64,000 nt of DNA from Nannocystis bainbridge. Its GTDB lineage: Bacteria; Myxococcota_A; Polyangia; Nannocystales; Nannocystaceae. Position numbers and translations under genes: made by a program. The notes under the pieces are model-generated. The model was given only the letters and a program-made list of their open reading frames with translations. It ran no database searches and had not been told where the DNA came from. This document shows, piece after piece, positions 39,144-51,805 of this stretch; the stretch's first letter is position 1, and every line of letters begins with the position of its first letter. The stretch covers positions 3,840,001 to 3,904,000 of the forward strand of contig NZ_JAQNDL010000001.1 in assembly GCF_028368995.1 (NCBI RefSeq), read 5' to 3'.

Positions 39144-39848
39144 TCACGCGCCGGTCATCTGCGCCCACGCGTCCACCGCCAGCCACGTCGTGCTCGTCGC
39201 CGCGAACGGCATCACCCCCAGGCACGGCAGCCCGCTCGCCGCCGCGATCACGGCCGGGTTGTGGGTGCGCGCCGCGTCCGGGCTGCTGTGCGTGTCGACC
39301 AGGAAGAACCCACGCGGCGGCAGGCCCAGCGCCCGCAGGCCGAAGATCGTCAGCAGCGCGTGGTTGACCCCGCCGAGGCCGAGGCGGCCGACCACCACCG
39401 GCGCCGCGGCCAGCCCGGCGATCCACGCCGGCAGCCACGTCCCGCCGGGCATCGGCACCCACAGCCCGCCCGCGCCCTCGATCAGCGTCACCGCGGGCCG
39501 GTGCTTCGCCTCGAGCGCCTCCATGGTCCTTCGGACATGCCCGATCGGCCCTGTCTCTCGCAGCATGTCCTGGGAGACATCCAGCCGCGGACCCTGCGAG
39601 AACCTCTGCGCGTCCTCGACGATGCCGGGCGCCAGCGGCTCGGCGAAGCGCAGCGGGCAGATCTCGCTGGCGGTCACGCCGAGGTCGCTGGCGGCGGCGA
39701 GGCGCTCGGGGTCACCGCTCGGCCCCTCGGGTCCGCTCGCGGCCGGCTTGAACGGCAGCGCACGCAGGCCCGCCCCCGCGGCCGCTCGCAGGAGCGCGCA
39801 CGCGAGGGTCGTCTTGCCGCAGTCGGTGTCGGTGCCGACCAGGAACAC
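39144..39848 (-). CDS. bioD: Dethiobiotin synthase
   Basis: GTDTDCGKT, FKP, IEGAGGL, LGGVNHALLT; true start may be slightly upstream. Confidence 0.92.
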   Translation of the reverse strand: MFLVGTDTDCGKTTLACALLRAAAGAGLRALPFKPAASGPEGPSGDPERLAAASDLGVTASEICPLRFAEPLAPGIVEDAQRFSQGPRLDVSQDMLRETGPIGHVRRTMEALEAKHRPAVTLIEGAGGLWVPMPGGTWLPAWIAGLAAAPVVVGRLGLGGVNHALLTIFGLRALGLPPRGFFLVDTHSSPDAARTHNPAVIAAASGLPCLGVMPFAATSTTWLAVDAWAQMTGA

Positions 39849-39895
39849 CCGCGGCGGGCCTGCCCACGCGGCAGGCCCGGGGTCGCCGCTCGGGC

Positions 39896-40972
<1,077 letters not shown>

Positions 40973-41022
40973 GGTCGCTCCGGTGCTGCTGGTGGTTCGA
41001 GGGGGTGATGCGGCCGGTGGTT

Positions 41023-41400
41023 TCAGGCCAGGCCCGCGCCGAGGGCCTCGGTCTCGAGCTCGACGAACTCGAGGTTGCTCAGGCCGAACACATCGGCGAG
41101 CTCGGCGAGCGCGCGGCGCTCGGCCAGGCTGGTGTGCCCGTCACGGTGGACCAGGGCGATCGCGGTCTTGAGGAAGATCCGCCGCAGGTAGGTCTTGTCG
41201 AGCACCTGCACCGCCTCGAACTTGCTGAAGCTGCTGGCCTTCAGGTCGTCGAGCGTGATCTCTGCCCCCGACTCGCGCAGGAATTCGCCGATGAGCTCCG
41301 CCTCCCGCGGATCGATGCCGTCGACGCTGGCGAGGTGGTGCAGACCGCGGGCGAACACGTCGATCTCCTCGGGGGTCATGCTGCCTTGCTGGCTCTCCAT
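41023..41400 (-). CDS. TerB-family protein
   Basis: LASVDGIDPRE and RDGHTSLAE paired motifs. Confidence 0.75.
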   Translation of the reverse strand: MESQQGSMTPEEIDVFARGLHHLASVDGIDPREAELIGEFLRESGAEITLDDLKASSFSKFEAVQVLDKTYLRRIFLKTAIALVHRDGHTSLAERRALAELADVFGLSNLEFVELETEALGAGLA

Positions 41401-41520
41401 GGCCCGGAATGGTACGGGCATGGCACCGTCGCCGCCAGCGCCGGCCGCAAATAGAAAACGCCCGCGGTCCAGCTTGGACCGCGGGCGTCGCACGACTCGA
41501 CGCCACCAAGCAGAGAGCGT

Positions 41521-42009
41521 CTAGAGAACCTCGAATTCGCGGGTGAGCAGCAGTTGCGCGGGCTCGTCCCCCGCCAGCGTGAACACTTCGACCTTCCACG
41601 GGCCGCGCTGCTCAGGCCCCAGCGGATGGCTGGCCGCGAGCGCGAGCGTGGTCGTCGGCGCGAGGACGCCCGGGACCTCTTCGCGCGAGTCACCGTACGT
41701 CCACACGAAAGTCACGGGCCGCGGCTCGAGCAGCCTGTCGGCGCGCAGGTGCAGGTGCACCGAGCCCGACTCGGCCGGGAACGTCGCAGCGTCGACCAGC
41801 GGCCCGGCCGCCTGCGCCGCCAGCACGGCCGCGACCTGCACGGCGTGTCCGACCGGGCGGGCGGGCGTGGCCGCGAACGCGGCCTGGGACGACGAGAGAT
41901 CGGAGCGGAGTTGCCCGTCGGGCAGGATGTGCTCGGGAGTGATGGGCGCGTCGACGCAGCCCACCACGAGCACGGCCGTAACCAGGGAGAGCAGGTTCGT
42001 GGTCCGCAA
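41521..42009 (-). CDS. DUF2914-like lipoprotein
   Basis: Lipobox VVGC; VTFVW...GPWKVEV...FEV Ig-like pattern; start uncertain (TTG). Confidence 0.6.
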   Translation of the reverse strand: MRTTNLLSLVTAVLVVGCVDAPITPEHILPDGQLRSDLSSSQAAFAATPARPVGHAVQVAAVLAAQAAGPLVDAATFPAESGSVHLHLRADRLLEPRPVTFVWTYGDSREEVPGVLAPTTTLALAASHPLGPEQRGPWKVEVFTLAGDEPAQLLLTREFEVL

Positions 42010-42024
42010 GCAGAAAACTTGACA

Positions 42025-42040
42025 TGCCGGTCCCGTGCCA
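42025..42040 (-). promoter_or_regulatory. Possible sigma-54 (-24/-12) promoter
   Basis: TGGCACGGGACCGGCA on the minus strand: perfect -24 box with GG-N10-GC spacing; imperfect -12 box. Confidence 0.4.
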
Positions 42041-42178
42041 GGGCCCATGATCAGTGTTTCAGGTGACTTGGCTATGAGCGCGAGAACCGCTCGCGACAAA
42101 AACCATCATGGTCGCGATGATTCGTAGATTTGCGCCGGAGGCCCCTACATCGACCCTCGGCTGGGGCCGGCGAACGTT

Positions 42179-45100
42179 ATGCTAGCGCCGATGGTCGCTC
42201 GTCGCCTCGCCGCGGGTCTCGCCTCCGTTTTGCTCTGCGCCTGCTCCGCGAAGCACCCCGGCGAGGCCGCGGCGGCCGCCCGCCCGGCGGAGGAAGTGGC
42301 CGAGCCCGAAGTCGACGTCGCCACGCGCCTGCAGCTCGACCGCCGTCGCTTCCCGCTGACCGTGTGGACCGCCTACGTGGTCCAGCAGGACTACTTCGAC
42401 AAGGAGCGCATCGACCCGCGCGAGCAGTTCGCCGAGGCCCTGCGCCACCTCGGCCTCAACACGCCGGAGTTCTTCGCCACCGTCGCCGGCGACACCGCCA
42501 CCGTCACCGTCGCCGATTTCCGCCGCGAGTTCTCGCTGGCCGGTCTCGGCGACCTGCCGGCCGTCGCCGACCGCCTCGAGGAGGTGCTCGCGTTCGTGCA
42601 GGAGAGCCTGCGCCTCGACGCCGAGGCCACGCACAAGGTCGAGTACGCGGCGATCAACGGCATGCTCGCGCCGCTCGACCCGCACACGATCCTCCTGACG
42701 CCCGAGGAGCACACCGACCTGGGCGTCAAGACGCGCGGTCAGTTCGGCGGGATCGGGGCCGAGATCCGCGAGGACGAGCGGCGGATCCGGATCGTCAAGG
42801 TCCTGCCGAACAGCCCGGCCGCGGCCGCGGGCCTCAAGGACGGCGACCTGCTGCTGCAGATCGACAAGCAGAGCACGGTCAACCTGCGCTCGTCCGACGC
42901 GCAACTGCTGCTGCGCGGGCCGATCGACACCAAGGTGTCGGTCAAGATCCAGCGCGGCCAGGAGACGCTGACGCTGACGATCACGCGCAAGATCATCCGC
43001 GTCGACAGCGTCACCGCCTCGCTGCTGCCGGGCAAGATCGCCCTGCTCGAGATCTCGACCTTCCAGGAGAACACCGGCGAGCAAGTGCGCAAGGCCATCG
43101 CCGAGCTCACGCCGGAGGGCGAGGCGCTGCGCGGGCTGGTGCTCGACCTGCGCGACAACAGCGGCGGGCTGCTCACGCAGGCGGTCGAGGTCGTCGACGC
43201 GCTGGTCGCCGCGGGCGAGCTGGTGATCGTGCGCTCGGCGCTCGGCCGCGAGGCGGAGGACGCCAAGCCCGAGGTCAACCTGCCGGCCGACGCCGCCGTG
43301 GTCGCGCTGATCAACGAGGACTCGGCGTCGGCGGCGGAGATCGTCAGCGGCGGCGTCAAGGCGCTCGGCCGCGGCGTCGTGCTCGGCCGCCCGAGCTTCG
43401 GCAAGGGCACCGTGCAGCTGCTCAAGCCGCAGAACCTGTACGGCCGCGAGCTCGCGCTCAAGATGACGATCGCCGAATACCGCGTCGCCGGCGACACCAA
43501 GATCCAGACCGTCGGCGTGCGCCCCGACCTCTCGCTCTACCCGGTCGAGCTCAGCGAGATCGTCGCCGTCGCCAACTACTACGATACCGAGCGGTTCGAG
43601 CGCCGCCGCGAGTCGACCCAGGTCGCGCACCTGCCCTCGGGCAAGCACGAGGCCGCGTTCGCCGGCAAGGCCGCCGGCGACGGGCCGCGCCTGCGCTACT
43701 TCGCCGGCCGCCAGGGCACGCCGCTGCCGCGCCCCGCCGAGGGTCCGGCGGCGATGGCCGATCCGGAGGTCCAGCTCGCCCGCGACGTGGCCGACGCGCT
43801 GGCTGGCCTTTCGGACAGCAAGCAACGGACCGAGCGCCTGGCCGCGCTCACCGGCGAGCTCGCCGCGCGCGAGGACGAGAAGATCGCCGCCGGCATCGCC
43901 GCCACCAAGATCGACTGGGCCGGCACGCTCGGGCTCGGCAGCGACCCCACGCTCGAGCTGCGCGCCCGCGTGGTCGACGACAAGAAGATCGCCGCCGGTC
44001 AGCCGTTCACGCTGCGCGTCGAGGTCACCAACAGCGGCAGCGAGGCCGCCGAGCGCGTCCACGTGATCACCGACTGCCTGCGCGACGAACTCGACGGCAT
44101 CGAGCTGCTGCTCGGCCGCATCGAGCCCGGCGCGACCGTGACCCGCGACGTCCGCCTCTACGTCATGGCCTGGCACACCGACCTCGTCGACACCCTGCGC
44201 GTCGACCTCCACGCCGGCGAGCCGGGCCCACAGGCCGACGCCAGCACCACGGTGCGCTTCGACATCGGCGGCCTGCCGCGACCGCGCTTCGCCTACGACT
44301 ACTGGATCGTCGACGACCCCGAGCTGGTGGCCGCCGCGCCGCAGCGGCCCAAGTCGCCGCCGATCCCGGGCGAGCCGCCGTTCGTGGTCAAGGGCAACGG
44401 CGACGGCGTGCTGCAACCCGGCGAGCAGGTCCTGCTCGCGCTCGAGATCCGCAACGACAGCGGCGCCGACAGCTCCGACGCGCGCGCCCTCATCCACAAC
44501 ATGTCCGGCGCCCAGGTGCTGCTCGAAGAGGGCTTCTTGCAGCTGGGGAAGATCCCCGCCAAGGGCGCGGTGCGCGGCGCGTTCGGCCTCAGCGTCAGCG
44601 AGCAGGCCGACCCGAGCAAACCCGTCGAGCTCGAGGTCATCGTCGCCGACGTCGTCGTCCGCGAGAGCGTGCGCCACAAGTTCGAGGTCCCGCTCGGCCC
44701 GCCCGCCTCCGGGTTCGTCGCCGGGCCCGCGCGCGTGGTCGCCGGCGAGGAGCCGGTGCGGCTCTACAACGCGGCCGACAGCGGCTCGCGCCAGCTCTCC
44801 GAGGTCGCCGGCGGCACCGCGCTCGACATCCTGGGCGCCGCCGGCGGATGGAGCGCCGTCGCGGCCGGTCCGGGCCGCCGCGCCTGGCTCCCCAGCGATC
44901 TCGTGAAGATCGGCGGCGCCGTCGGCAAGGGCAGCAAGCTGCCGGAGCGGCCGGCCCTGCTGGTGCAGCCGCCGGTGATCGAGGTCGAACCGGTGGCACC
45001 CGTGGCTGCGGGCGAGACGGTGGAGCTCCGCGGGACGGCCCGCCACGAGGGTCGGGTCCGCGACGTCGTCATCGCTGTCAAACCGCCGGGCACGGCCCAG

Positions 45101-45274
45101 GTCGAGCGCAAACTCGACTATCGGGCCAATCCCGCGCATCAGGGCGCCGCCGCCCGCAGCCTCCAGTTCTCCGCGCAGGTGCCGCTGGAGCCCGGGAGCA
45201 ACCGGATCCTCGTCACCGCCCGCGACGGCGACGATATCGAGGCGACCCGCGAAGTATGGGTCTTTCGCGAGTGA
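42179..45274 (+). CDS. Large S41-family carboxy-terminal processing protease (PDZ, C-terminal Ig-like and SH3-like extensions)
   Basis: LDPHT, FGGIG PDZ, VLDLRDNSGG, SASAAEI catalytic Ser, SFGKGTVQ catalytic Lys; lipobox LCAC. Confidence 0.93.
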   Translation: MLAPMVARRLAAGLASVLLCACSAKHPGEAAAAARPAEEVAEPEVDVATRLQLDRRRFPLTVWTAYVVQQDYFDKERIDPREQFAEALRHLGLNTPEFFATVAGDTATVTVADFRREFSLAGLGDLPAVADRLEEVLAFVQESLRLDAEATHKVEYAAINGMLAPLDPHTILLTPEEHTDLGVKTRGQFGGIGAEIREDERRIRIVKVLPNSPAAAAGLKDGDLLLQIDKQSTVNLRSSDAQLLLRGPIDTKVSVKIQRGQETLTLTITRKIIRVDSVTASLLPGKIALLEISTFQENTGEQVRKAIAELTPEGEALRGLVLDLRDNSGGLLTQAVEVVDALVAAGELVIVRSALGREAEDAKPEVNLPADAAVVALINEDSASAAEIVSGGVKALGRGVVLGRPSFGKGTVQLLKPQNLYGRELALKMTIAEYRVAGDTKIQTVGVRPDLSLYPVELSEIVAVANYYDTERFERRRESTQVAHLPSGKHEAAFAGKAAGDGPRLRYFAGRQGTPLPRPAEGPAAMADPEVQLARDVADALAGLSDSKQRTERLAALTGELAAREDEKIAAGIAATKIDWAGTLGLGSDPTLELRARVVDDKKIAAGQPFTLRVEVTNSGSEAAERVHVITDCLRDELDGIELLLGRIEPGATVTRDVRLYVMAWHTDLVDTLRVDLHAGEPGPQADASTTVRFDIGGLPRPRFAYDYWIVDDPELVAAAPQRPKSPPIPGEPPFVVKGNGDGVLQPGEQVLLALEIRNDSGADSSDARALIHNMSGAQVLLEEGFLQLGKIPAKGAVRGAFGLSVSEQADPSKPVELEVIVADVVVRESVRHKFEVPLGPPASGFVAGPARVVAGEEPVRLYNAADSGSRQLSEVAGGTALDILGAAGGWSAVAAGPGRRAWLPSDLVKIGGAVGKGSKLPERPALLVQPPVIEVEPVAPVAAGETVELRGTARHEGRVRDVVIAVKPPGTAQVERKLDYRANPAHQGAAARSLQFSAQVPLEPGSNRILVTARDGDDIEATREVWVFRE

Positions 45275-45330
45275 CGGGGGAACCTCCCCCCGCGGCGACG
45301 GTCCCACGGCCACACGCCACGTGTGATATA

Positions 45331-45403
45331 GCTGCACGGGCCTCCGGCCCTGGCGGCTGCACGGGCCTCCGGCCCTGGCGGCTGCACGGGCCTCCGGCCC
45401 TGG
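45331..45403. repeat. 25-bp tandem repeat x3, each containing a GGGCC-TCC-GGCCC hairpin
   Basis: gctgcacgggcctccggccctggcg at 45331, 45356, 45381. Confidence 0.93.
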
Positions 45404-45419
45404 ATTTTGCGAGGTTGTC

Positions 45420-46622
45420 GTGAGCGAAGCGACGGATCCAGCAGACGACTTTCCCCCGGCCGATGCCCCGCGTCGGCGCCGTTCTCCGATCATCGATGTC
45501 GCGGTGGTCGCGCTCGGCGGCTACATGCTGTTCTGGATGTTCGGCGACGTCCGCTACTTCCTCCAGGGTAGCGAGCCGCGCGACCTCGGCGACGCCGCCG
45601 CCCTGGTCGCCAAGGGCGTCGATCCCGGCCTCGACGACACCTTCGTCGTCCTCCGCGGCACCCCCGACGTCCAGCACGCCGCCCGCCTGCGCATCGAGCC
45701 CAAGTCCGGCCAGGCCGGGCGGACGATCGGCTACCTGCGCCTCATCGAGGGCGGCGGCAGCCTGTTCGCCGCCATCCCGCGGACCACCGAGGCCGCGCCG
45801 CAGCAGTTCGAGGGCGTGTTCGAGGGCCGCATGCGCCGGCTTTCCGAGTCGCCCAACTTCGCCGCCATCCAGCAGCACTTTGACGGCGAGCGCATCGTCG
45901 AGGGCCGCGACGCCACCCCCGCGGCCCTGCTCGAAGCGCTCGGCAAGCGCCAGGGCGACGGCATCACCGTCGTCGACACCGACGGCCAGAGCATCACGCT
46001 CGGCACCAAGGCCACCGTCACCATCGTGGTCGAGCAGCCCGACGTGCAGGCCCAGCTCGGGCGCAGCAGCTTCGACTCGCCGGCCGCCGCGGAGGCCGCC
46101 GTGGCCGCGCTCGGCTTCCCGTACTACGCCCCGCCCGAGCAGAGCAGCGCCCGCTTCTACAACTTCTACGTGCGCTTGCCCGCGGGCGAGCGTGAGTCGG
46201 CGCAGGCCAAGCTGTCGGCCGCCGCGGTCATCCCCGCGGACGCCAAGCCGGCCGACCCGAGCGTGGGCGCGGCGATCTTGCCGTGGATCACCAGCTACCC
46301 GGTGCCTGCGAGTGACATCACTGGCGACGGCGGCAAGTTCGGCTTCGTGCCCGGCGACAACGCCAAGCCGGGCTTCGACCTCCAGGACGGCAAGCTCGTC
46401 CCGCGGCCCCTGCAGGCCGGCCGGCTCGTGCTCGATCCCGGCGACGTCAAGGCCGTGCGGCTCGAGCGGCCCGTCACCGTCGACCCGCAGGGCTACGTGA
46501 TCGACGTCGGCGTCCGCCCGCGCGACCGCTGGCTCGAGGTCGTGATGTGGTGCCTGGTGCTGATCGTCGTCGGCTGGAACGTCACCAGCCTGGTCGCCGG
46601 GTGGCGCGCGCGGCGGGCTTGA
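45420..46622 (+). CDS. Hypothetical membrane protein (N- and C-terminal TM helices)
   Basis: 400-aa ORF with protein-like composition. Confidence 0.75.
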   Translation: MSEATDPADDFPPADAPRRRRSPIIDVAVVALGGYMLFWMFGDVRYFLQGSEPRDLGDAAALVAKGVDPGLDDTFVVLRGTPDVQHAARLRIEPKSGQAGRTIGYLRLIEGGGSLFAAIPRTTEAAPQQFEGVFEGRMRRLSESPNFAAIQQHFDGERIVEGRDATPAALLEALGKRQGDGITVVDTDGQSITLGTKATVTIVVEQPDVQAQLGRSSFDSPAAAEAAVAALGFPYYAPPEQSSARFYNFYVRLPAGERESAQAKLSAAAVIPADAKPADPSVGAAILPWITSYPVPASDITGDGGKFGFVPGDNAKPGFDLQDGKLVPRPLQAGRLVLDPGDVKAVRLERPVTVDPQGYVIDVGVRPRDRWLEVVMWCLVLIVVGWNVTSLVAGWRARRA

Positions 46623-46642
46623 GGCACACTGCCTCGCCCGAG

Positions 46643-48223
<1,581 letters not shown>

Positions 48224-48296
48224 GCCCGTCCCCCCGGCCCCGTGGCCCGGGGGCTTGCATCCCCGCAGCCGAGCGCTTCACTACAACCTCAAGGTC

Positions 48297-49175
48297 GTGT
48301 CCGCCAGCAGTCAAACCATCTCGCTGCGCCTGTTCGGGGCCGGCGGCGCGTTCTCCCGTCGCTACGGGACGACCTGCTCGATGGTCACCCTGCGCGACGG
48401 CAAGCGGTGGCTCATCGACTGCGGGCGTCAGGCGCCGGACCAGCTGTACGCGGCCGGCTACGCCTGGCACGACATCCACGGCCAGATCATCACCCACTGC
48501 CACGGCGACCACGTCTTCGGCCTCGAGGACTTCGCTTTCGTCCGCTACTTCGAGACCCACGCCGAGGTGATGGCCTCGAGCCGCGGCGGGCCGCTGCCCA
48601 AGTACGTCTCGCACAGCGCCGTGCGCGACGAGGTGTGGGAGACGCTGGCGCCCTCGCTGCGCTACGTCCAGGACGGCCGCGGCAACCTGCGCAGCGGCAC
48701 CCTGCAGCACTTCTTTCAGGTCATCCCTCCGGCCGCGGTCGAGCCGCCGCGCAAGAACCCCTGGAACCACGCCGAGGCCTTCGAGGTCGACGGCCTGCGC
48801 GTGGTCACCCGCGAGAACGAGCACGTGCCCGGCAAGCCGTCGTGCGCGCTCGAGCTGCACGTCGGCGAGGACCCGCGGGACCCGCGGATCGCCTGGTGGT
48901 CCGGCGACGGCGTCGTCGACCCCGCCTTCCTCCACAGCATCGAGCCGCGCACCAGCATCTTCTTCCACGACTGCACCTTCATCGACTACCCCGGTCAGGT
49001 CCACGGCTTCTTCGACCGGCTCGAGGCCCTGCCCGAGGCGGTCCGGCGCAAGCTCGTGATCATGCACCACGAGGACAACCTCGAGCTCTACCGCCCGCGC
49101 GTCGAGGCGGCGGGCTTCCGGATCGCCCTGCCCGGCCACGTCTTCGACCTGGTCGCCGGCCAGCAGATGCTGTAG
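48297..49175 (+). CDS. Metallo-beta-lactamase-fold hydrolase (RNase Z / phosphodiesterase-like)
   Basis: LIDCG, THCHGDH, EHVP, WSGD, FHDC, MH motifs; start uncertain. Confidence 0.88.
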   Translation: MSASSQTISLRLFGAGGAFSRRYGTTCSMVTLRDGKRWLIDCGRQAPDQLYAAGYAWHDIHGQIITHCHGDHVFGLEDFAFVRYFETHAEVMASSRGGPLPKYVSHSAVRDEVWETLAPSLRYVQDGRGNLRSGTLQHFFQVIPPAAVEPPRKNPWNHAEAFEVDGLRVVTRENEHVPGKPSCALELHVGEDPRDPRIAWWSGDGVVDPAFLHSIEPRTSIFFHDCTFIDYPGQVHGFFDRLEALPEAVRRKLVIMHHEDNLELYRPRVEAAGFRIALPGHVFDLVAGQQML

Positions 49176-49180
49176 CGGCC

Positions 49181-49260
49181 TGTCCTCGGGGACATGCCCC
49201 CGGGAGCATGCCCGAGCGAGCATGTCCCGCGAGACATGTCCACGGCGACATGTCCCGATT
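49181..49260. repeat. Tandem array of 14-bp palindromes between convergent genes
   Basis: CATG at 49193, 49207, 49221, 49235, 49249. Confidence 0.88.
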
Positions 49261-49269
49261 GTCGGCCGC

Positions 49270-49803
49270 TCAGCCCGGCCGTTCGCCGCGGATGCGCGGC
49301 AGCAGCTCGACGAAGTTGCAGGGCTTGTGGCGGTGGTCGAGCTGCTGCAGCAGGATCTTGTCGAACGCCGTGCGCACCGCCCCGGTCGAGCCGGGCAGCA
49401 GGAACACGTAGGTCGTGCCGCACAGGGCCGCCTCGGCGCGGCTCTGGATCGTCGAAGTCCCGATCTCCGCGAAGCTGAGCCAGCGGAACAGCTCGCCGAA
49501 GCCGGGGATCGGCTTGGTCACCAGGGGCGCCAGCGCCTCGGGCGTCACGTCGCGCGGCGTCACCCCGGTGCCGCCGGTGGTGATCACCACCTCGACCTCC
49601 GGGTCGTCGATGAAGCCTTGCAGGGCTGCGCGGATCTCCTCGCGGTCGTCGCGGACGATCGCGCGGCGGACCACCTTGTGCCCGGCCTCGGTGAGGCGGT
49701 CGACCGCCGTCTGGCCTGACGTATCGGTCGCCAGCGTGCGGGTGTCGGAGACCGTCAGCACGGCGGCGTGCACGGGGATGAACTCGCGGACGGCTTGGTT
49801 CAT
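49270..49803 (-). CDS. moaB: Molybdenum cofactor biosynthesis protein B
   Basis: [41 protein letters not shown]. Confidence 0.95.
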   Translation of the reverse strand: MNQAVREFIPVHAAVLTVSDTRTLATDTSGQTAVDRLTEAGHKVVRRAIVRDDREEIRAALQGFIDDPEVEVVITTGGTGVTPRDVTPEALAPLVTKPIPGFGELFRWLSFAEIGTSTIQSRAEAALCGTTYVFLLPGSTGAVRTAFDKILLQQLDHRHKPCNFVELLPRIRGERPG

Positions 49804-49809
49804 GGCGCG

Positions 49810-50694
49810 TCAGTACTCCTGGATCTCCGGCGCCACCACGAACTCCAGCTCCTGGATGCTCGCCGGCTCGCCGAACGTGCTCAGCTCGATGTGGACCAAC
49901 CCGGGCTTGTTCGTCAGCGTCTGCGGGTCGGCGATCGCGTCGGGCACGATGATGGCGATGTACATGTGCTCGAGCGTGCCCATGCCGTCCCCTATCGGAT
50001 AGAAGCCGACCGAATAGTTGTTGAGGCGGGCGAAGTGGCCGCCGAAGCCGACGTTGTGGCCCTCGATATCGACCCACATGTCCACGTGCGGCATCTTCGG
50101 GTTGTCCCAGTCGTTGGGGTCCTCGGTGATCACGAAGTTCTTGCCGCGCAGGCTGAACGCCAGCATCAGCAGCCCCTGACCGCCGCGAACCACCGGCAGC
50201 GTCCCCCCGGCTTCGAGTTTCGCGTACACCGGCGGCAGGAACGGGTCGACCGGGTCGAACACTGCCTGCCCGATCTCGAACTCGACGTCCGAAACGATCC
50301 CCTCGTCCTCGCAGGCTGTGAGGTCGGGGAACGCCGCCGCGTAGTTGCGCAGCTGCGCGTCGCACAGCGCCAGGCAGTCGGCCGCCTCCTCTTCGTTGCC
50401 CGACCAGCAGCTGCCCTCCGCCCCGTGGGTCGCCTCGGCCTCGGCTCCGGCGGCGGCGTCGACCTCCTTCAGGCAGGCCACGTAGCGCAGGCACACCTCT
50501 GGCGCGCCATCGCCGGCCGAGGTCGCCTCGCTGCTGCTGTCGCTCTCGCTCGCCGTCTCGTTGTGCACGCGGAGCTCGCACGCGAGGCAGGCGATCCCGG
50601 CGAGCAGCGGCAGGACGGCCGCCCGCCACCTCTCGGTGAAGACGCCGGGCGGGCGGGCTCCTGGGGCCTCGCGCGGCGAAATAAGCGAAGTCAT
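49810..50694 (-). CDS. Hypothetical Cys-rich lipoprotein
   Basis: Signal peptide with LAC; acidic linker; Cys-rich helical region; [10 protein letters not shown]. Confidence 0.7.
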   Translation of the reverse strand: MTSLISPREAPGARPPGVFTERWRAAVLPLLAGIACLACELRVHNETASESDSSSEATSAGDGAPEVCLRYVACLKEVDAAAGAEAEATHGAEGSCWSGNEEEAADCLALCDAQLRNYAAAFPDLTACEDEGIVSDVEFEIGQAVFDPVDPFLPPVYAKLEAGGTLPVVRGGQGLLMLAFSLRGKNFVITEDPNDWDNPKMPHVDMWVDIEGHNVGFGGHFARLNNYSVGFYPIGDGMGTLEHMYIAIIVPDAIADPQTLTNKPGLVHIELSTFGEPASIQELEFVVAPEIQEY

Positions 50695-50820
50695 GGCTGG
50701 ATGGTGCGCCAGGCGCCGGGCGGCGGCAACACACATCGCGGGCGGCGGCCGGGCCGCGCGGATTTTCGCTATGATGGCGCCGCCTTGCTCGTCGCCGGTC
50801 GTCGCCTCGTCACCGCACGG

Positions 50821-51783
50821 ATGCGCCCCGCGCTGGCGCTCGCGGTCGGCCTCCTCGGCGGCTGTTACAGCAGCGACTACCTCGAGGGCCTGTGCGCAAA
50901 CACGGGCGTCTGTCCTGACCCGCCGCCCGAGAGCCCCGTCGCGTTTCGGATCACCTCGCTCGAGCTCGTCGACCCGCACACCTACACCTTCGACCCCGTG
51001 CTCGGCGTGTGCACCGATTCGACCGCCACCCTCAACGGCTTCATCGCCCAGGGCATCGCCGACTACGACGTCAGCAACGTGCTCGTGCTGCGCCCGCTCG
51101 ACCTCAAGAGCGCCGTCGCCAAGCTGCAGTTCGTCTCGGCGCTGTGCATCGCCGGCTCGCCGACCAACTGCACCGACCGCATGATCGCCGGCACCCACAC
51201 CGTCGACATCGACGCCTTCAACCGCGAGGCCGGCGCCTGCGGGAACACCGAGCCCAACTCGCTCAACGCCGCCTACGACGCCCCGCCGCGGCCCCCCGCG
51301 CCGTGCCTCGTCAGCGCCAAGATCGCCGGCACCCCCGTGCGGCTGGCGGCGCAGGCCGGCATGACCCCGCTCGACCTCGCCCTCGTCGAGGTCGAGATCG
51401 CCGCCGCCTACGCGATCGACGGCCAGCCGCAGAAGCTCGTCCAGGGCGTCCTGCGCGGCTTCATGCCCGCGGCCACCGCCATGCTGGCGGCCGGGCAGGC
51501 CAACGGCATCAGCTTCGTCCCGTGGAACGTCCTCGCTGGCGGCGCCGGCTGCCAGGCCGACGCCATGAACACCTTCAGCGACATCGACAACCACGGCCTC
51601 TACGGCCAGGGCGTGTGGATGTACTTCAACTTCACGGCCGAGCGCGTGCAGTGGGCCACCGACCGCCCCGAGCCGATGGCCGAGACCGCTGGCACCGGCG
51701 ACACCGACGGCACCGGCGGCACCGCGGCCACCACGGGCGCCACCGCAGATGGTACGGCGACGACGGTTGGCACCGGCCCGTGA
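50821..51783 (+). CDS. Hypothetical Cys-rich lipoprotein
   Basis: MRPALALAVGLLGGC lipobox; Thr/Gly-rich tail. Confidence 0.75.
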   Translation: MRPALALAVGLLGGCYSSDYLEGLCANTGVCPDPPPESPVAFRITSLELVDPHTYTFDPVLGVCTDSTATLNGFIAQGIADYDVSNVLVLRPLDLKSAVAKLQFVSALCIAGSPTNCTDRMIAGTHTVDIDAFNREAGACGNTEPNSLNAAYDAPPRPPAPCLVSAKIAGTPVRLAAQAGMTPLDLALVEVEIAAAYAIDGQPQKLVQGVLRGFMPAATAMLAAGQANGISFVPWNVLAGGAGCQADAMNTFSDIDNHGLYGQGVWMYFNFTAERVQWATDRPEPMAETAGTGDTDGTGGTAATTGATADGTATTVGTGP

Positions 51784-51805
51784 ATCACGCATCCTCACCC
51801 ATCGG

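Noticed and set aside
45331-45403. Mini-CRISPR
   Set aside because: Direct tandem copies with no spacers
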